Source of the DNA: Bacteroidota bacterium
GTDB taxonomy: Bacteria; Bacteroidota; Bacteroidia; NS11-12g; UBA9320
Assembly (NCBI GenBank): GCA_016124755.1
Contig: WGNA01000005.1
Location: 178,684-242,683 of the forward strand
Direction of reading: 5' to 3'
DNA length: 64,000 bases
The notes below the pieces were generated by a model. That model was not told the DNA's origin. It saw only the letters and a program-made list of their open reading frames with translations, and did no database searches. The stretch's first letter is position 1; the number at the start of each line of letters is the position of its first letter. Shown one piece after another: positions 1 through 9,994 of the stretch. The position numbers were made by a program, and so were the translations under genes.

Positions 1-118
1 GAATAACAGTGTTGTCTGTATTGGGTTCGACTTTTTCAATCAGTGTGTACTGAGCGAAAGCCGGCGTAATACCCAAAAATAAAAGACAGGGTAAAAGGTA
101 CTTCAAGGTATTTCTCAT
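1..118 (-). CDS. N-terminal fragment of a secreted protein; the gene continues beyond the window start
   Basis: Reverse-strand ATG at 118..116 opens MRNTLKYLLPCLLFLGITPAFAQ..., a canonical signal peptide with an AFA-Q cleavage site. The frame stays open to position 1. It is absent from the ORF track because it is under 60 aa. Confidence 0.4.
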   Translation of the reverse strand, partial: MRNTLKYLLPCLLFLGITPAFAQYTLIEKVEPNTDNTVI

Positions 119-280
119 ACGGTTTTTGAATTTGACGCAAAATTATCCGAAGTGGGAGAAGCAATCAAAGTTCTCGACCAAATCAGCGATAAAAATACAC
201 GAGTAAACTCTGAAATCGAAAATTCCAAAGTCGATTCAGTTTTCGGAATACCCAAATTTTAGCTCAGGTAAATAAATCCG

Positions 281-1516
281 TTATTTCTCGAGCGACAACC
301 AGCCGGATGGTAGGCCATGCGTTTTGGCATACATCAGAAGTCTGTCGGCCTGATCCCTGTCGGCAGTCGCATAAATTCCGACCCGGTAGAATCCGTTTGG
401 TTGTGGCAGAATTCTCACCGTTGGATATTGCTTTGAAAGTTCAGCAGCCCTTTTCTCTGCATACACTTTTTCTTTGGTGGAAATGGCAATCACATAATAT
501 CCTCCGCCATCTGCCTGATAATTATAGTAGTCTCCGGTTTCTTCTGTGCGGTTAGGGGCAGACTCCTGATTCGGGTAATATGTTTCCTCAGGCTCTTCAA
601 CCACAATTTCCTGTTTCGGTTTAACCGGCGGAACAACGGGTTTGATTTCGGGTTCAGACTTAACTTCCTTTTCCACATAAACCACTCTCTCCGAATTTTG
701 AAGGCTATCAATCTGGTCGGTGAGTTCGAGCAACTCCGTATTCATCTCATCCAGTTTGCGGAGAAGACTATCCTGCCTTCTTTGGGCAACAATCGGATCT
801 TCCCAACCATCGGGGCAGCCGTAATTATTTTTGATTCCTTTTACAGTCGGGCATTTATCGAGTGAATCAACTGTACCATCCTGATCGTAATCGGCAATGG
901 TTTGTGGTTTTTCAAAAGTTTTGGGTTCGTGTTTTTTGCCAATGGTTTGAATGTAGCCAAATCTGTATTGACTATACGTGTCGAAGTCACCGGATAAATT
1001 CTGAATCAAAGCGAATTGAAAATTGAGATTTGACCACGGCCCTAAACCCACTTTAATGCCGGCTCCGTATTCGTTACCAAATCCCATTTTAGCCAAACCG
1101 GCTTTTTTGAATCCCGGAAGATAATCGAGGTTGTATCCGAAATTCAGATACGGTTTTACCACACCATTTTCAGGGAAGATCCTGCCGTTGTAAAGTTTTA
1201 GAATAAAATCACCATCCCAGCCAAAGCGATACGACCGCTTCACCTGCACATCACCCTGTTGCTGGTTTAAAATAATTCCATTTGAAAGACCGGTGTTCCA
1301 TTCCCAGGATTTACTGAGGTAGCGGAAATACGATAGTCTTATTCCCAGAGCGAATGACGAATCAAAATTCCGGAGATGTCCTTCGTGCAGATTGATGTTG
1401 TAATCGTGATAATCCTGATTAACACCAAAAGCATTTCTGTAATCTGCATTTTGTGCCGATAAACGGAAAGTGATTCCAAAAATCAAAACTGCTAATACTA
1501 TCCGGAAGTTCTTCAT
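281..1516 (-). CDS. outer-membrane OmpA-like beta-barrel protein with a TSP3-type Ca-binding repeat, a coiled-coil/Pro-rich linker and a C-terminal SPOR (septal peptidoglycan-binding) domain
   Basis: It has a signal peptide and an N-terminal region with alternating aromatic beta-strand pattern. A DxDxDGxxDxxDxCP motif (DYDQDGTVDSLDKCP) is present. The C-terminus GYYVIAISTKEKVYAEKRAAELSKQYPTVRILPQPNGFYRVGIYATADRDQADRL reads as a SPOR fold. Confidence 0.6.
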   Translation of the reverse strand: MKNFRIVLAVLIFGITFRLSAQNADYRNAFGVNQDYHDYNINLHEGHLRNFDSSFALGIRLSYFRYLSKSWEWNTGLSNGIILNQQQGDVQVKRSYRFGWDGDFILKLYNGRIFPENGVVKPYLNFGYNLDYLPGFKKAGLAKMGFGNEYGAGIKVGLGPWSNLNFQFALIQNLSGDFDTYSQYRFGYIQTIGKKHEPKTFEKPQTIADYDQDGTVDSLDKCPTVKGIKNNYGCPDGWEDPIVAQRRQDSLLRKLDEMNTELLELTDQIDSLQNSERVVYVEKEVKSEPEIKPVVPPVKPKQEIVVEEPEETYYPNQESAPNRTEETGDYYNYQADGGGYYVIAISTKEKVYAEKRAAELSKQYPTVRILPQPNGFYRVGIYATADRDQADRLLMYAKTHGLPSGWLSLEK

Positions 1517-1778
1517 GAAACGTTGCGCGAAGCTATCAATTCACAAGGCAAGATATTGGTAAAAGATCGCCACGATTTCATCAGATGTTCACATTCAACC
1601 GGATCAGATAATTTTAATATACACTAATGTGCCGCGTTATTTTACGATGAATATTCCGGCTTTCATACAAGCCTCCCTGTATAATCAAACATTATTTCTC
1701 AACCCTTACAAAGTTCATTGTCAATTATTTGAAAAGCCCGGAACTGCTGCTTAAATTCGATCAGCTAGCAGTGAGATT

Positions 1779-4700
1779 ATGAAAAATATACCTAAACTTT
1801 ACGCCTTATTATTTCTGTTATTTTTTGCCGGAAGCTTATCCGCCCAATCCTTTTTCGATGATTTTGATTCGTATAAGGTTGGCGCTTATCTCGGCAAATC
1901 TTCTTCAACGTGGACAACCTGGAGCAACAACCCTGGTTCGTCGGAAGACGCACAAATTGTTGACGACAAATCGGCAAGTGGTAACAATTCTATTTACTTT
2001 TATTCCCCGAAAGGCGGCGGACCTCAGGATGTGGTTTTACCCTTCGGTGGAGTACACAGTTCCGGAAAATTTGAATTTAAAGCTAAATTCTTTATACCGA
2101 ACGGAAACTCAGCCTATTTCAATTTTCAGGGAGGATCCAGCGTAGGATCCATCTGGTCTCTCGAAGTGTATTTGCGCAGTTATGGTTCGTTTGATGCCGG
2201 CGGTTATCTTACTGCTTCCTATCCGCAAGACCGATGGTTCGAATTAAAAGTCGCCATTAACTTCGATGACAACAATTGGGAATTTTTTATTGATGACACG
2301 TCCCGCGGATCTTTTTCAAACACCAATAATTATGTTTCGTATCTGGATATTTATCCTGCAGAGGCAAATGGAATTTTCTGGGTCGACGATGTAGGATATT
2401 GCGTTAACTATGCATGTAATCCGGAATTAGCGCTCGATTCTTTTAATATACCATCCGGAACTCTCTGCTCAAATCATCTTACCGATGTTGAACTCAAAGT
2501 AAAAAACAACGGCCCTCAGGTTGCCAAACAGATGATGCTGGGCATCGACCTCAAAGGACAGGCAAGAACACTCATACCGGTTAACCTTAATAATCTCGCG
2601 GCAGGTGACTCTGTCCGGCTCACCATTAAAGATGCTTTCAAATCAGAAGTAGTGGGTACGAATGTTCAATTGAGTGCCATTAATGTTCAGCGGGATGTTT
2701 ATGCCGACAACGATACATCTTTCACTAAAATCACGGTGAATCCGTCTCCCACTTCACGGCTCATAATGGGAAATCCGTACAGCGGACAATTTAAGTTTGG
2801 TAAAAAGAGCGACCCCGACATTGCAGAAGCGTCTAAGCAAATCCGATATGAAATAACACCACCGACCGGAATGTCGAACAGTGATTACGGAACCAAATGG
2901 CGGATAAACGGAGCGGATATTTCTTATCCTTCCGGTAATGCTGCAAAAGGATTCTGGTCGTTTAATGCACCGGCATCAGGCAAGAATGCATACATTGAAA
3001 TAACTCCCACCAAAAATGAAGTCGACAGTATGCTCATGTTGAGTTTTAGTATTCTGAACCAAAATACGAAATGCGATACAGCTATTGGTCGGTACATTAT
3101 AGTGGCTCCCACACCGGAACCGAATTTTAGTTTTACCAACCCCGCATGTGACGGCACTCCCATAGAGTTCACCAATCTGGCGGAAATTCACTCGGGTACC
3201 ATGACGTATGTTTGGCGATTCGGTGATGGTGATACGGCCGATTACAAAGATCCGGTTCATACGTATCCCGGTGCCGGAACCTACTGTGTTCAGTTGATCG
3301 CCACAAGCCTGCCGTATTATACAATTAAAGACACAACCATTTGTGTAACGGTTTCGGAAATGCCCAATGTTGATTTTAAAGTTGACAATGCTTGTGAAGG
3401 CCACAACATTGTTTTCACGAACAATACAACCATAAATACCGGCACTATTAATTACGATTGGAACTTTGGTGACGGTTCGGCTCATTCATCTGTAAAGAAT
3501 CCGGTTCATGTTTACAACACCGCAGGTGGATACAAGGTAACCCTCAAAGCTACTTCTGATAAAGGTTGTGTTGAATCGCTTCAGAAAAGTGCAAATCAGT
3601 TTGCCAGCCCTACCGCCAACTTCACATTTAGCGGAAGTTGTGCTTTGTCGCCGATTCACTTCGAAGATGTTTCAACTATTGCGGGTGGAGAATACCTTGG
3701 AAGACACTGGGATTTCAGCGGAACCGAAATAGAAACCACACCCAAAGTCGATTTTGTTTTCGACAAAGCGGGTAACATGAACGTAACACTCTATTCCGTA
3801 ACCCGTTTCGGATGCGAAGACACTGTTACCAAAGTAGTAAAAGTGATTCCCGCCCCGATGGCAGATTTCACATACGATATTGCCTGTAGTGCTACACCGA
3901 CCCAATTCACCAACACAACCGGCATTCCGGGTGGTATAAAAGCAATTTATACCTGGAATTTTGGCGACGAGAATACATCAACTCAGGAATCACCCAAACA
4001 TCAATATGCGGGAACAGGCCGCTATAAAGTGAACCTTTTGGCACATGGCGACAACGGATGTTCATCCGAAAAATCTATGGAGATAGAGGTTAAGCTTCAA
4101 CCGGAAGTTGATTTCGAAGTGAACGATGTATGCGAAGACCAACTGGTACACTTCCGCAACAACACCATTGTAAACAGTTCTAATGTTGAATACGTTTGGA
4201 ACTTTGGTGATGGTGACACCTCTCATGTTTATGCTCCCGTAAAGAAATACGACGTAAACGAAACCACTATTTTCAATGTTTCTCTTTCCGCAACCGTTTT
4301 AGATGGTTGTTCGGGAACCAAAGCCGCTACCGTGAAAATCGGGGAAACTCCGAATTGCGGATTTACCTACAAAACCGCGAACACTGGTGGATTGGAATGG
4401 AACTTCACTGCCGACAACAACACGTACGATCAATACATGTGGAAGTTTGGCGGTGTTGGTCAGGGAAGCGGAAGTTCAACCACTTTTAAGTTTCCAAGCG
4501 ATGGCGTTTATCGCATTCTTTTCATCGCGATTACCAGTGAAGGTTGTGAGTGTCTTGATTCAAATCAGTTTATCACCATTAAATCTTCCGGAATTGCAGA
4601 TGTAAACTCGAATGGAATAAAAGTTCTCCCGAACCCGAACAGCGGTAACTTTAGTATAAATCTTCCCGAAACCGTTAATCTTCACAACATGGAAATCCAA

Positions 4701-4862
4701 TTAGTGGATATGCTGGGCCGAACAGTTTGGTTGTGGGATGGCGAGTCCGGAATTACCGGCAATACCATCGACGTTAAAACCACTGATCTACCAGCCGGGA
4801 ATTATATTCTGAAATTAAATGGGGATAATCTCAGCACCACGAGGAGAATTCAGATTCATTAA
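1779..4862 (+). CDS. large secreted multi-PKD-domain protein with a T9SS C-terminal sorting domain
   Basis: Signal peptide is present. There are about six PKD signatures (WRFGDGD, WNFGDGS, WNFGDEN, WNFGDGD, WKFGG...). The C-terminal ~80 aa (KVLPNPNSGNFSINLP...GNYILKL...RRIQIH) is the Por/T9SS CTD pattern. Confidence 0.8.
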   Translation: MKNIPKLYALLFLLFFAGSLSAQSFFDDFDSYKVGAYLGKSSSTWTTWSNNPGSSEDAQIVDDKSASGNNSIYFYSPKGGGPQDVVLPFGGVHSSGKFEFKAKFFIPNGNSAYFNFQGGSSVGSIWSLEVYLRSYGSFDAGGYLTASYPQDRWFELKVAINFDDNNWEFFIDDTSRGSFSNTNNYVSYLDIYPAEANGIFWVDDVGYCVNYACNPELALDSFNIPSGTLCSNHLTDVELKVKNNGPQVAKQMMLGIDLKGQARTLIPVNLNNLAAGDSVRLTIKDAFKSEVVGTNVQLSAINVQRDVYADNDTSFTKITVNPSPTSRLIMGNPYSGQFKFGKKSDPDIAEASKQIRYEITPPTGMSNSDYGTKWRINGADISYPSGNAAKGFWSFNAPASGKNAYIEITPTKNEVDSMLMLSFSILNQNTKCDTAIGRYIIVAPTPEPNFSFTNPACDGTPIEFTNLAEIHSGTMTYVWRFGDGDTADYKDPVHTYPGAGTYCVQLIATSLPYYTIKDTTICVTVSEMPNVDFKVDNACEGHNIVFTNNTTINTGTINYDWNFGDGSAHSSVKNPVHVYNTAGGYKVTLKATSDKGCVESLQKSANQFASPTANFTFSGSCALSPIHFEDVSTIAGGEYLGRHWDFSGTEIETTPKVDFVFDKAGNMNVTLYSVTRFGCEDTVTKVVKVIPAPMADFTYDIACSATPTQFTNTTGIPGGIKAIYTWNFGDENTSTQESPKHQYAGTGRYKVNLLAHGDNGCSSEKSMEIEVKLQPEVDFEVNDVCEDQLVHFRNNTIVNSSNVEYVWNFGDGDTSHVYAPVKKYDVNETTIFNVSLSATVLDGCSGTKAATVKIGETPNCGFTYKTANTGGLEWNFTADNNTYDQYMWKFGGVGQGSGSSTTFKFPSDGVYRILFIAITSEGCECLDSNQFITIKSSGIADVNSNGIKVLPNPNSGNFSINLPETVNLHNMEIQLVDMLGRTVWLWDGESGITGNTIDVKTTDLPAGNYILKLNGDNLSTTRRIQIH

Positions 4863-4876
4863 AAATTGCATTAAAA

Positions 4877-4901
4877 AGCCCGGGAACACCGGGCTTTTTT
4901 T
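4877..4901 (+). terminator. rho-independent terminator after the PKD protein gene
   Basis: Hairpin AGCCCGG-gaaca-CCGGGCT followed by a T7 run. Confidence 0.7.
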
Positions 4902-4989
4902 CTTCTTCTTTTGAAAATTTGCAGGTGTAATGTTCTAAACCTGACACTTTAAATTGCAACCATCTTTGCATTTGGTGTCGAACAAATAC

Positions 4990-7257
4990 ATGCGTTTTAT
5001 TTACCACTTCATTTTAGCCTTTATAATTTTTATTTCTAATTCGCCGGATGGTTCTGCGCAATCACAATGGAAGCAAATCCGAAACGAATTGTGCATTCAA
5101 GGCGAGGTTAGCGGATCGTTTCTTTTTTATCATACCATCTCCCGTACGAATGGTTTTGTGAGGTTGGATCTGCGAGACACCGTTTTCAAGACCGAAATGG
5201 AAATGATTAAAGAGAAGGGCGATACCTTTAATTCGTACACCATCGGTTCACGAAATCAATTCGCTGTTATTGGAAAAAACCTGATTAAACCGGTTGATTC
5301 ATTTGTTTATGTTTCGCATGATTTCGGTGACAACTGGACAAAATCAAATATTCAAATTAACAGTCAAATCACAGATTGTTTTGGTTTGAACGGAGTCTTT
5401 GGAATTGCAGCCGGTCCGAATTTTATTTATTCAACCGATTCCGGATACACGTTTCTGGAATCGAAACCCTTCACCGATTCTGCTTTTGAGTTTAATCCAC
5501 TTTACCTTTTAGATTCAACACTCTTTTATCAATATCTCATCGACGGAAAAAAGCTGGCCTTCTGTAGCATTAGATTAGACGGATCAGATCAAAGAAATAT
5601 TTTAATTGACAGCAGTTCCAATTCTTACCGCAGCAATTTCGTCGTTCTCGGCAACGCATTAATTATTAATCTCAATCATAAAATTTATCTGTCGAAAAAC
5701 GGAGGCGACACCTGGCAGATAATTAATGAAGAGGAATATTTCGGTCTTAGAACTTACAACAATTATGTTTTTGCCATTCGCAGAAACGGAAACAATGATT
5801 TGTATTATTTAACCTCAGACACCTTCAAAACAATGCAGGGAGTTGGCACCAACAGCTTACTAAACAATTCTGCAACAAACACCGGTTTTTATAACAACGA
5901 TTTTTATACGATTGGCTGGGGCGGAATCTTCAGACTAAAAAATCCGGATATAGCCCTGCGACATGTAACCGGAACGGTGTATTTCGATAAAAATAAAAAC
6001 GGAATTTTGGACAATGATGAATCGGGAATTAAAAATCAAACAGTTCGATTCCAATTATCAAAACTATCAACTCTTACCGATTCTCTGGGTCATTACGAAC
6101 TCGATTTTTTTTACGGTGCAGATAAAGTGTATGCTCTTCCAAAATCTTCCGCGATTAATGTGAGTCCGAATTATCACATTTCGTCTGCTGGAATTGATAC
6201 GGTCAACTTCGGTTATCAGTGCGACACATCGAAAGCAAATGCCCGGATTGATATAACCGGCCGAAGTTCGTTTAACACGTATCGTGGATCTGATTATTCC
6301 ATTATTTGCACAAACGAAAACGGGATTGATCTGAAAACTACCGTACGATTTTCATTTCCTGAGACAATCAAATTAAAACACGCCAACCCTTCACCTTCCG
6401 CAACCACAGATTCAACACTTGAATGGGACATTGTTCTAAAACCATTGGAACAACAGAAAATCAGTACAGGTTTCGGTTTAGAGATAAGTCTGAACGACGG
6501 CGACACCATTTCCACTTTCGCAGAATTTGTTGGGTTAAAGGATTGGGATTCTACCGATAACAAAAGCGCCCTTCTGCAAAAGGTTTCCTCGTCTTATGAC
6601 CCGAATGATAAATCCGTTTCGCCGGTGATTATTCACGTTGATGAAATTGATAAAAGCAACAATCTCCTGTTCACTATACGATTTCAGAACACCGGAAACG
6701 ATACGGCTTTTGATGTGCGGATCGAAGACACTTTGTCGGATTTTATTGATCCGGAATCGGTACTCATTTTAGATGCAAGTCACCGTTTGATTACTGAAAC
6801 CGACGGAAAGAACCTGAGCTTTCATTTCGACAATATCTATCTGCCCGACAGCACAACCAACGAACCGGAAAGCAAAGGCTTTGTAACCTTCATCTGTCAG
6901 ACAAAAGAGCAACTCAAAACCGGAGACAAAATCGAAAACACTGCCTTTATTTATTTCGATCAGAACGAAGCGATCGTTACGAATACCACCTCAACTTCGG
7001 TCGTTGAAATTTCCGATGCAATACACAAAATCAGAAAAACATTTCCGGCGATTTATCCGAATCCCACAACCGGCATTGTGAATCTTCCGGCAGGAGTTAT
7101 TTCGGTTGAAGTTTACGATTTAACGGGCGGATTAATTTATTCGCAAAACGGATTGCACGAATCGGTTGATCTGGAAATGGTTTCCAACGGTTTGTATTGG
7201 TTAAAGATCATTATGGAAGATTCTGCATTCACAAGCCGGCTGATTATTCATCATTGA
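4990..7257 (+). CDS. secreted BNR/Asp-box repeat protein with a T9SS C-terminal sorting domain
   Basis: Start moved to the internal ATG that gives signal peptide MRFIYHFILAFIIFISNS. It carries BNR motifs SHDFGDNWTKS and SKNGGDTWQI. The C-terminus YPNPTTGIVNLPAGV...LYWLKI...RLIIHH is a T9SS CTD. Confidence 0.7.
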   Translation: MRFIYHFILAFIIFISNSPDGSAQSQWKQIRNELCIQGEVSGSFLFYHTISRTNGFVRLDLRDTVFKTEMEMIKEKGDTFNSYTIGSRNQFAVIGKNLIKPVDSFVYVSHDFGDNWTKSNIQINSQITDCFGLNGVFGIAAGPNFIYSTDSGYTFLESKPFTDSAFEFNPLYLLDSTLFYQYLIDGKKLAFCSIRLDGSDQRNILIDSSSNSYRSNFVVLGNALIINLNHKIYLSKNGGDTWQIINEEEYFGLRTYNNYVFAIRRNGNNDLYYLTSDTFKTMQGVGTNSLLNNSATNTGFYNNDFYTIGWGGIFRLKNPDIALRHVTGTVYFDKNKNGILDNDESGIKNQTVRFQLSKLSTLTDSLGHYELDFFYGADKVYALPKSSAINVSPNYHISSAGIDTVNFGYQCDTSKANARIDITGRSSFNTYRGSDYSIICTNENGIDLKTTVRFSFPETIKLKHANPSPSATTDSTLEWDIVLKPLEQQKISTGFGLEISLNDGDTISTFAEFVGLKDWDSTDNKSALLQKVSSSYDPNDKSVSPVIIHVDEIDKSNNLLFTIRFQNTGNDTAFDVRIEDTLSDFIDPESVLILDASHRLITETDGKNLSFHFDNIYLPDSTTNEPESKGFVTFICQTKEQLKTGDKIENTAFIYFDQNEAIVTNTTSTSVVEISDAIHKIRKTFPAIYPNPTTGIVNLPAGVISVEVYDLTGGLIYSQNGLHESVDLEMVSNGLYWLKIIMEDSAFTSRLIIHH

Positions 7258-7394
7258 ATATTCTGCCTGGAAAATAAAGGTTTCAAGCTAAAAAGTAATT
7301 TCAGTTCCTTTTCTTGAAATTGTTCACGGATTAATCTATTGTTAATCCACTTCGATTATCCTTGCTATTTATTCCAAAATAAGTCAGAGGCTCA

Positions 7395-8417
7395 ATGAAA
7401 TACACGATACTTTTTGTTATTCTGCAATTAGTCGTTAAGCTGGCTAATTCACAATCCTATCCAATTGATACCAACAGTGTAGAATTGTATCAACAGTACA
7501 CTGCCGGAAGTTCAGATTATCTTTATTATGAAAAGAATTCTGAAACACCATTTTCGGGCATTCTGATTAGTAAAACCAAAAGAGACAAGATCTTTATTGA
7601 ATTTAGAGATGGTAAACTTCATGGTAATTACGTGATTCTGAATTCTAAAAACGATACTCTTCAAATTACAAAGTTCGATGAAGGTCTTGCAATGTACACC
7701 GTCGATTACACCTATGACACCGGTAAGCCTGTAAAACGGATTAAAAATAAAAAGTTAAAGGGAAGTCAACAGGATTATGAAATATTCGGTAAAGCATTGA
7801 GATACGTTCAGGATAAAAAGTTTAACGAACTAAACGCATTTCTGAATCCTTTACATTCAGATTATGAAACCACATTCACAAAGTTGGGAAGCATATTCGG
7901 GATACTCGATAGCTTTCAAATAAAGGAGATTATCAATGAAAAGATCGAAGTTCAGAATTGCACTTATATGTTGGCTACAATTGAATTATACTATAAAAAA
8001 GAACACTTTACTTCTGAATTTCTAATCAAAAAATTTGAACGTAGCATCAGAGGAGAAGGATTCATCTTCAAGGCTTTTGTTGATGATTTAATTCCGGATA
8101 CGAGCATCAATGATATCATGTCTGCTTTGCAAAATCAGGATCTTAAAACGTTAATACAATATGCCGGCAGAGATTACGGTGTAGAGAATAAAATTAATAA
8201 CATTCAGACAGTTGACTCTTCCTTTGTGTTTATAGATTGTGCTCTGGGTTTTATGAATGAAATTCAATTGATTAAACATTATCTGATTAATATTAATGGT
8301 GAGGATCAATTACTGGCCTTATCCTATAAAATATTGGATGGAGGAAATCTTCAATTTCAAGGTCTTGGAATTCATTCGTTCAGAACAAAGTACATCGTAA
8401 AGCATAACATATATTAA
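7395..8417 (+). CDS. hypothetical secreted protein (MORN-variant-like N-terminus); AT-rich gene
   Basis: Signal peptide MKYTILFVILQLVVKLANSQ is present. I found no recognisable catalytic motif. GC content is lower than in the flanking genes. Confidence 0.5.
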   Translation: MKYTILFVILQLVVKLANSQSYPIDTNSVELYQQYTAGSSDYLYYEKNSETPFSGILISKTKRDKIFIEFRDGKLHGNYVILNSKNDTLQITKFDEGLAMYTVDYTYDTGKPVKRIKNKKLKGSQQDYEIFGKALRYVQDKKFNELNAFLNPLHSDYETTFTKLGSIFGILDSFQIKEIINEKIEVQNCTYMLATIELYYKKEHFTSEFLIKKFERSIRGEGFIFKAFVDDLIPDTSINDIMSALQNQDLKTLIQYAGRDYGVENKINNIQTVDSSFVFIDCALGFMNEIQLIKHYLININGEDQLLALSYKILDGGNLQFQGLGIHSFRTKYIVKHNIY

Positions 8418-8564
8418 ACTGTGAATCTTGCTCTCAATTCTTTCCCGATTTTGATCATCTGTTCAAGAGCAGATCTGGTTCCGGGATCGTCGATTTGTAA
8501 TTAAAATCCGGCAATTACACCTTAACTTTTCAAGACCGGTCTGATTTAGAAAGATTGAATAAAA

Positions 8565-8589
8565 AGCCCGGCCAAACCGGGCTTTTTTT
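8565..8589. terminator. bidirectional rho-independent terminator between the convergent hypothetical gene and rtcB
   Basis: AAAAAGCCCGG-ccaaa-CCGGGCTTTTTTT, with an A-tract on one side and a T-tract on the other. Confidence 0.75.
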
Positions 8590-9994
8590 AATCCATAGCC
8601 ATTCGCACAATGGCCGGGTGAAAGGATCCGAGAATATCCACGAGTTCCGATTGAGCATTCATCACCGAATGGATATCTTTATAAACCATCGGTGATTCGT
8701 CAACTCCGCCACCCGAAAGCAGTATGTTATGCTTCGTCAACACCTCTTTCATTTCTGCATTACCAATAACCGATTTGGCTTTCGACCGGCTCATCAATCT
8801 TCCGGCTCCGTGGGAAGCGGATTGTAATGAACTTACCTCTCCCCTTCCGCGAACAATAAAACCCGGCTGCGTCATCGAACCCGGAATTACGCCGAGAACC
8901 CCTTTGCCCGCCGGAGTCGCTCCTTTTCGGTGCACAATTAATTCCTCACCACTTTCACTTTTCTCTTTCCACGCAAAATTGTGGTGATTCTCCACACGTG
9001 CAGCCCGACTGAGTTTAAGTGCCCGTTCAATTCGTTGATGAATATCGTGATGACAAGCCGAAGCATAATCACCTGCCAGATTCATCGCCAGCCAGTATTC
9101 TTGTCCGGCTTCCGAATCCAGATCAAGCCATGCTAATTTCCTGGCTTCTCCCGGCAGTTGGCATTTATACTCCGCAATTCTGGAATAATACGAGGCGATG
9201 CCGGCACCCAAACCCCGCGATCCGGAATGCGAAAGCAAACCCAAATACTCCCCGGGAATTAATCCGAGTTCATTGGTTTTGTCGGTAATGGTAACTCGTC
9301 CGAATTCCACAAAGTGATTACCTCCGCCGGAAGAACCGATTTGAATTCTTGCCTTATTAAAAAGCTTTTTGGCAACAGAAATTTCTCTGAATTCGGGTCG
9401 ATCGAACAAGCTGTGATCCGAAGGTCTTTCAAACACTTCGGTATTTCCGAATCGCGTATTCTTGTTTAAAGCATCCGAAAGCTGCTGTGATTTTTGGGTG
9501 ATTAATTCCAACGGATCATTAAATACCGTGAGACACATTCTGCAACCAATATCCACTCCCACCCCATACGGAATAATAGCATTTCGTGTAGCCAGAACAC
9601 CACCGATCGGCAACCCGTAGCCGTGATGTGCATCGGGCATCAGAGCCCCGTCAATGGTTATCGGAAGCTTCATAGCGGTAAACATCTGATTGCGCGCTCC
9701 CTCATCAATTTGATCGGAGCCGAATTCCGCAAATGATTTCGCCGGAACCAACCGGTATTTCCGGGATTCTTCGATTTGACGGCTGTTGTCGATAAAATAT
9801 TCCGCCAGGCGCGACATGCTTTCATGTTCCCGGAAATGCTCCGGATTTTTTAGAACCTGCGTCAATAATTCCAAACCTTCTTCAACCTTATTTCCCCGAA
9901 AGTGCTTTTGCAGAATTTCCAAGGCAATTCCAATCGATCGGTTTTGAGGAAAGCCGATTTTAACCAAGTGATTTCCTCTGATTTTTTTAGCCAT
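8588..9994 (-). CDS. rtcB: RNA-splicing ligase RtcB (3'-phosphate/5'-OH RNA ligase)
   Basis: Length is 468 aa. RtcB family motifs are present: PDAHHGYG, GGGNHFVEFG, HSGSRGLG, HHNFAWKE and a C-terminal GFHPAIVRM. Confidence 0.9.
   Translation of the reverse strand: MAKKIRGNHLVKIGFPQNRSIGIALEILQKHFRGNKVEEGLELLTQVLKNPEHFREHESMSRLAEYFIDNSRQIEESRKYRLVPAKSFAEFGSDQIDEGARNQMFTAMKLPITIDGALMPDAHHGYGLPIGGVLATRNAIIPYGVGVDIGCRMCLTVFNDPLELITQKSQQLSDALNKNTRFGNTEVFERPSDHSLFDRPEFREISVAKKLFNKARIQIGSSGGGNHFVEFGRVTITDKTNELGLIPGEYLGLLSHSGSRGLGAGIASYYSRIAEYKCQLPGEARKLAWLDLDSEAGQEYWLAMNLAGDYASACHHDIHQRIERALKLSRAARVENHHNFAWKEKSESGEELIVHRKGATPAGKGVLGVIPGSMTQPGFIVRGRGEVSSLQSASHGAGRLMSRSKAKSVIGNAEMKEVLTKHNILLSGGGVDESPMVYKDIHSVMNAQSELVDILGSFHPAIVRMAMD

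Noticed and set aside
2976-3485. 169-aa and other internal antisense ORFs within the PKD, SecA, MutS, PPK and FG-GAP genes (for example 33243-33803, 34398-34916, 23625-24050, 44681-45100)
   Set aside because: They are embedded opposite high-confidence long genes and have no independent support.
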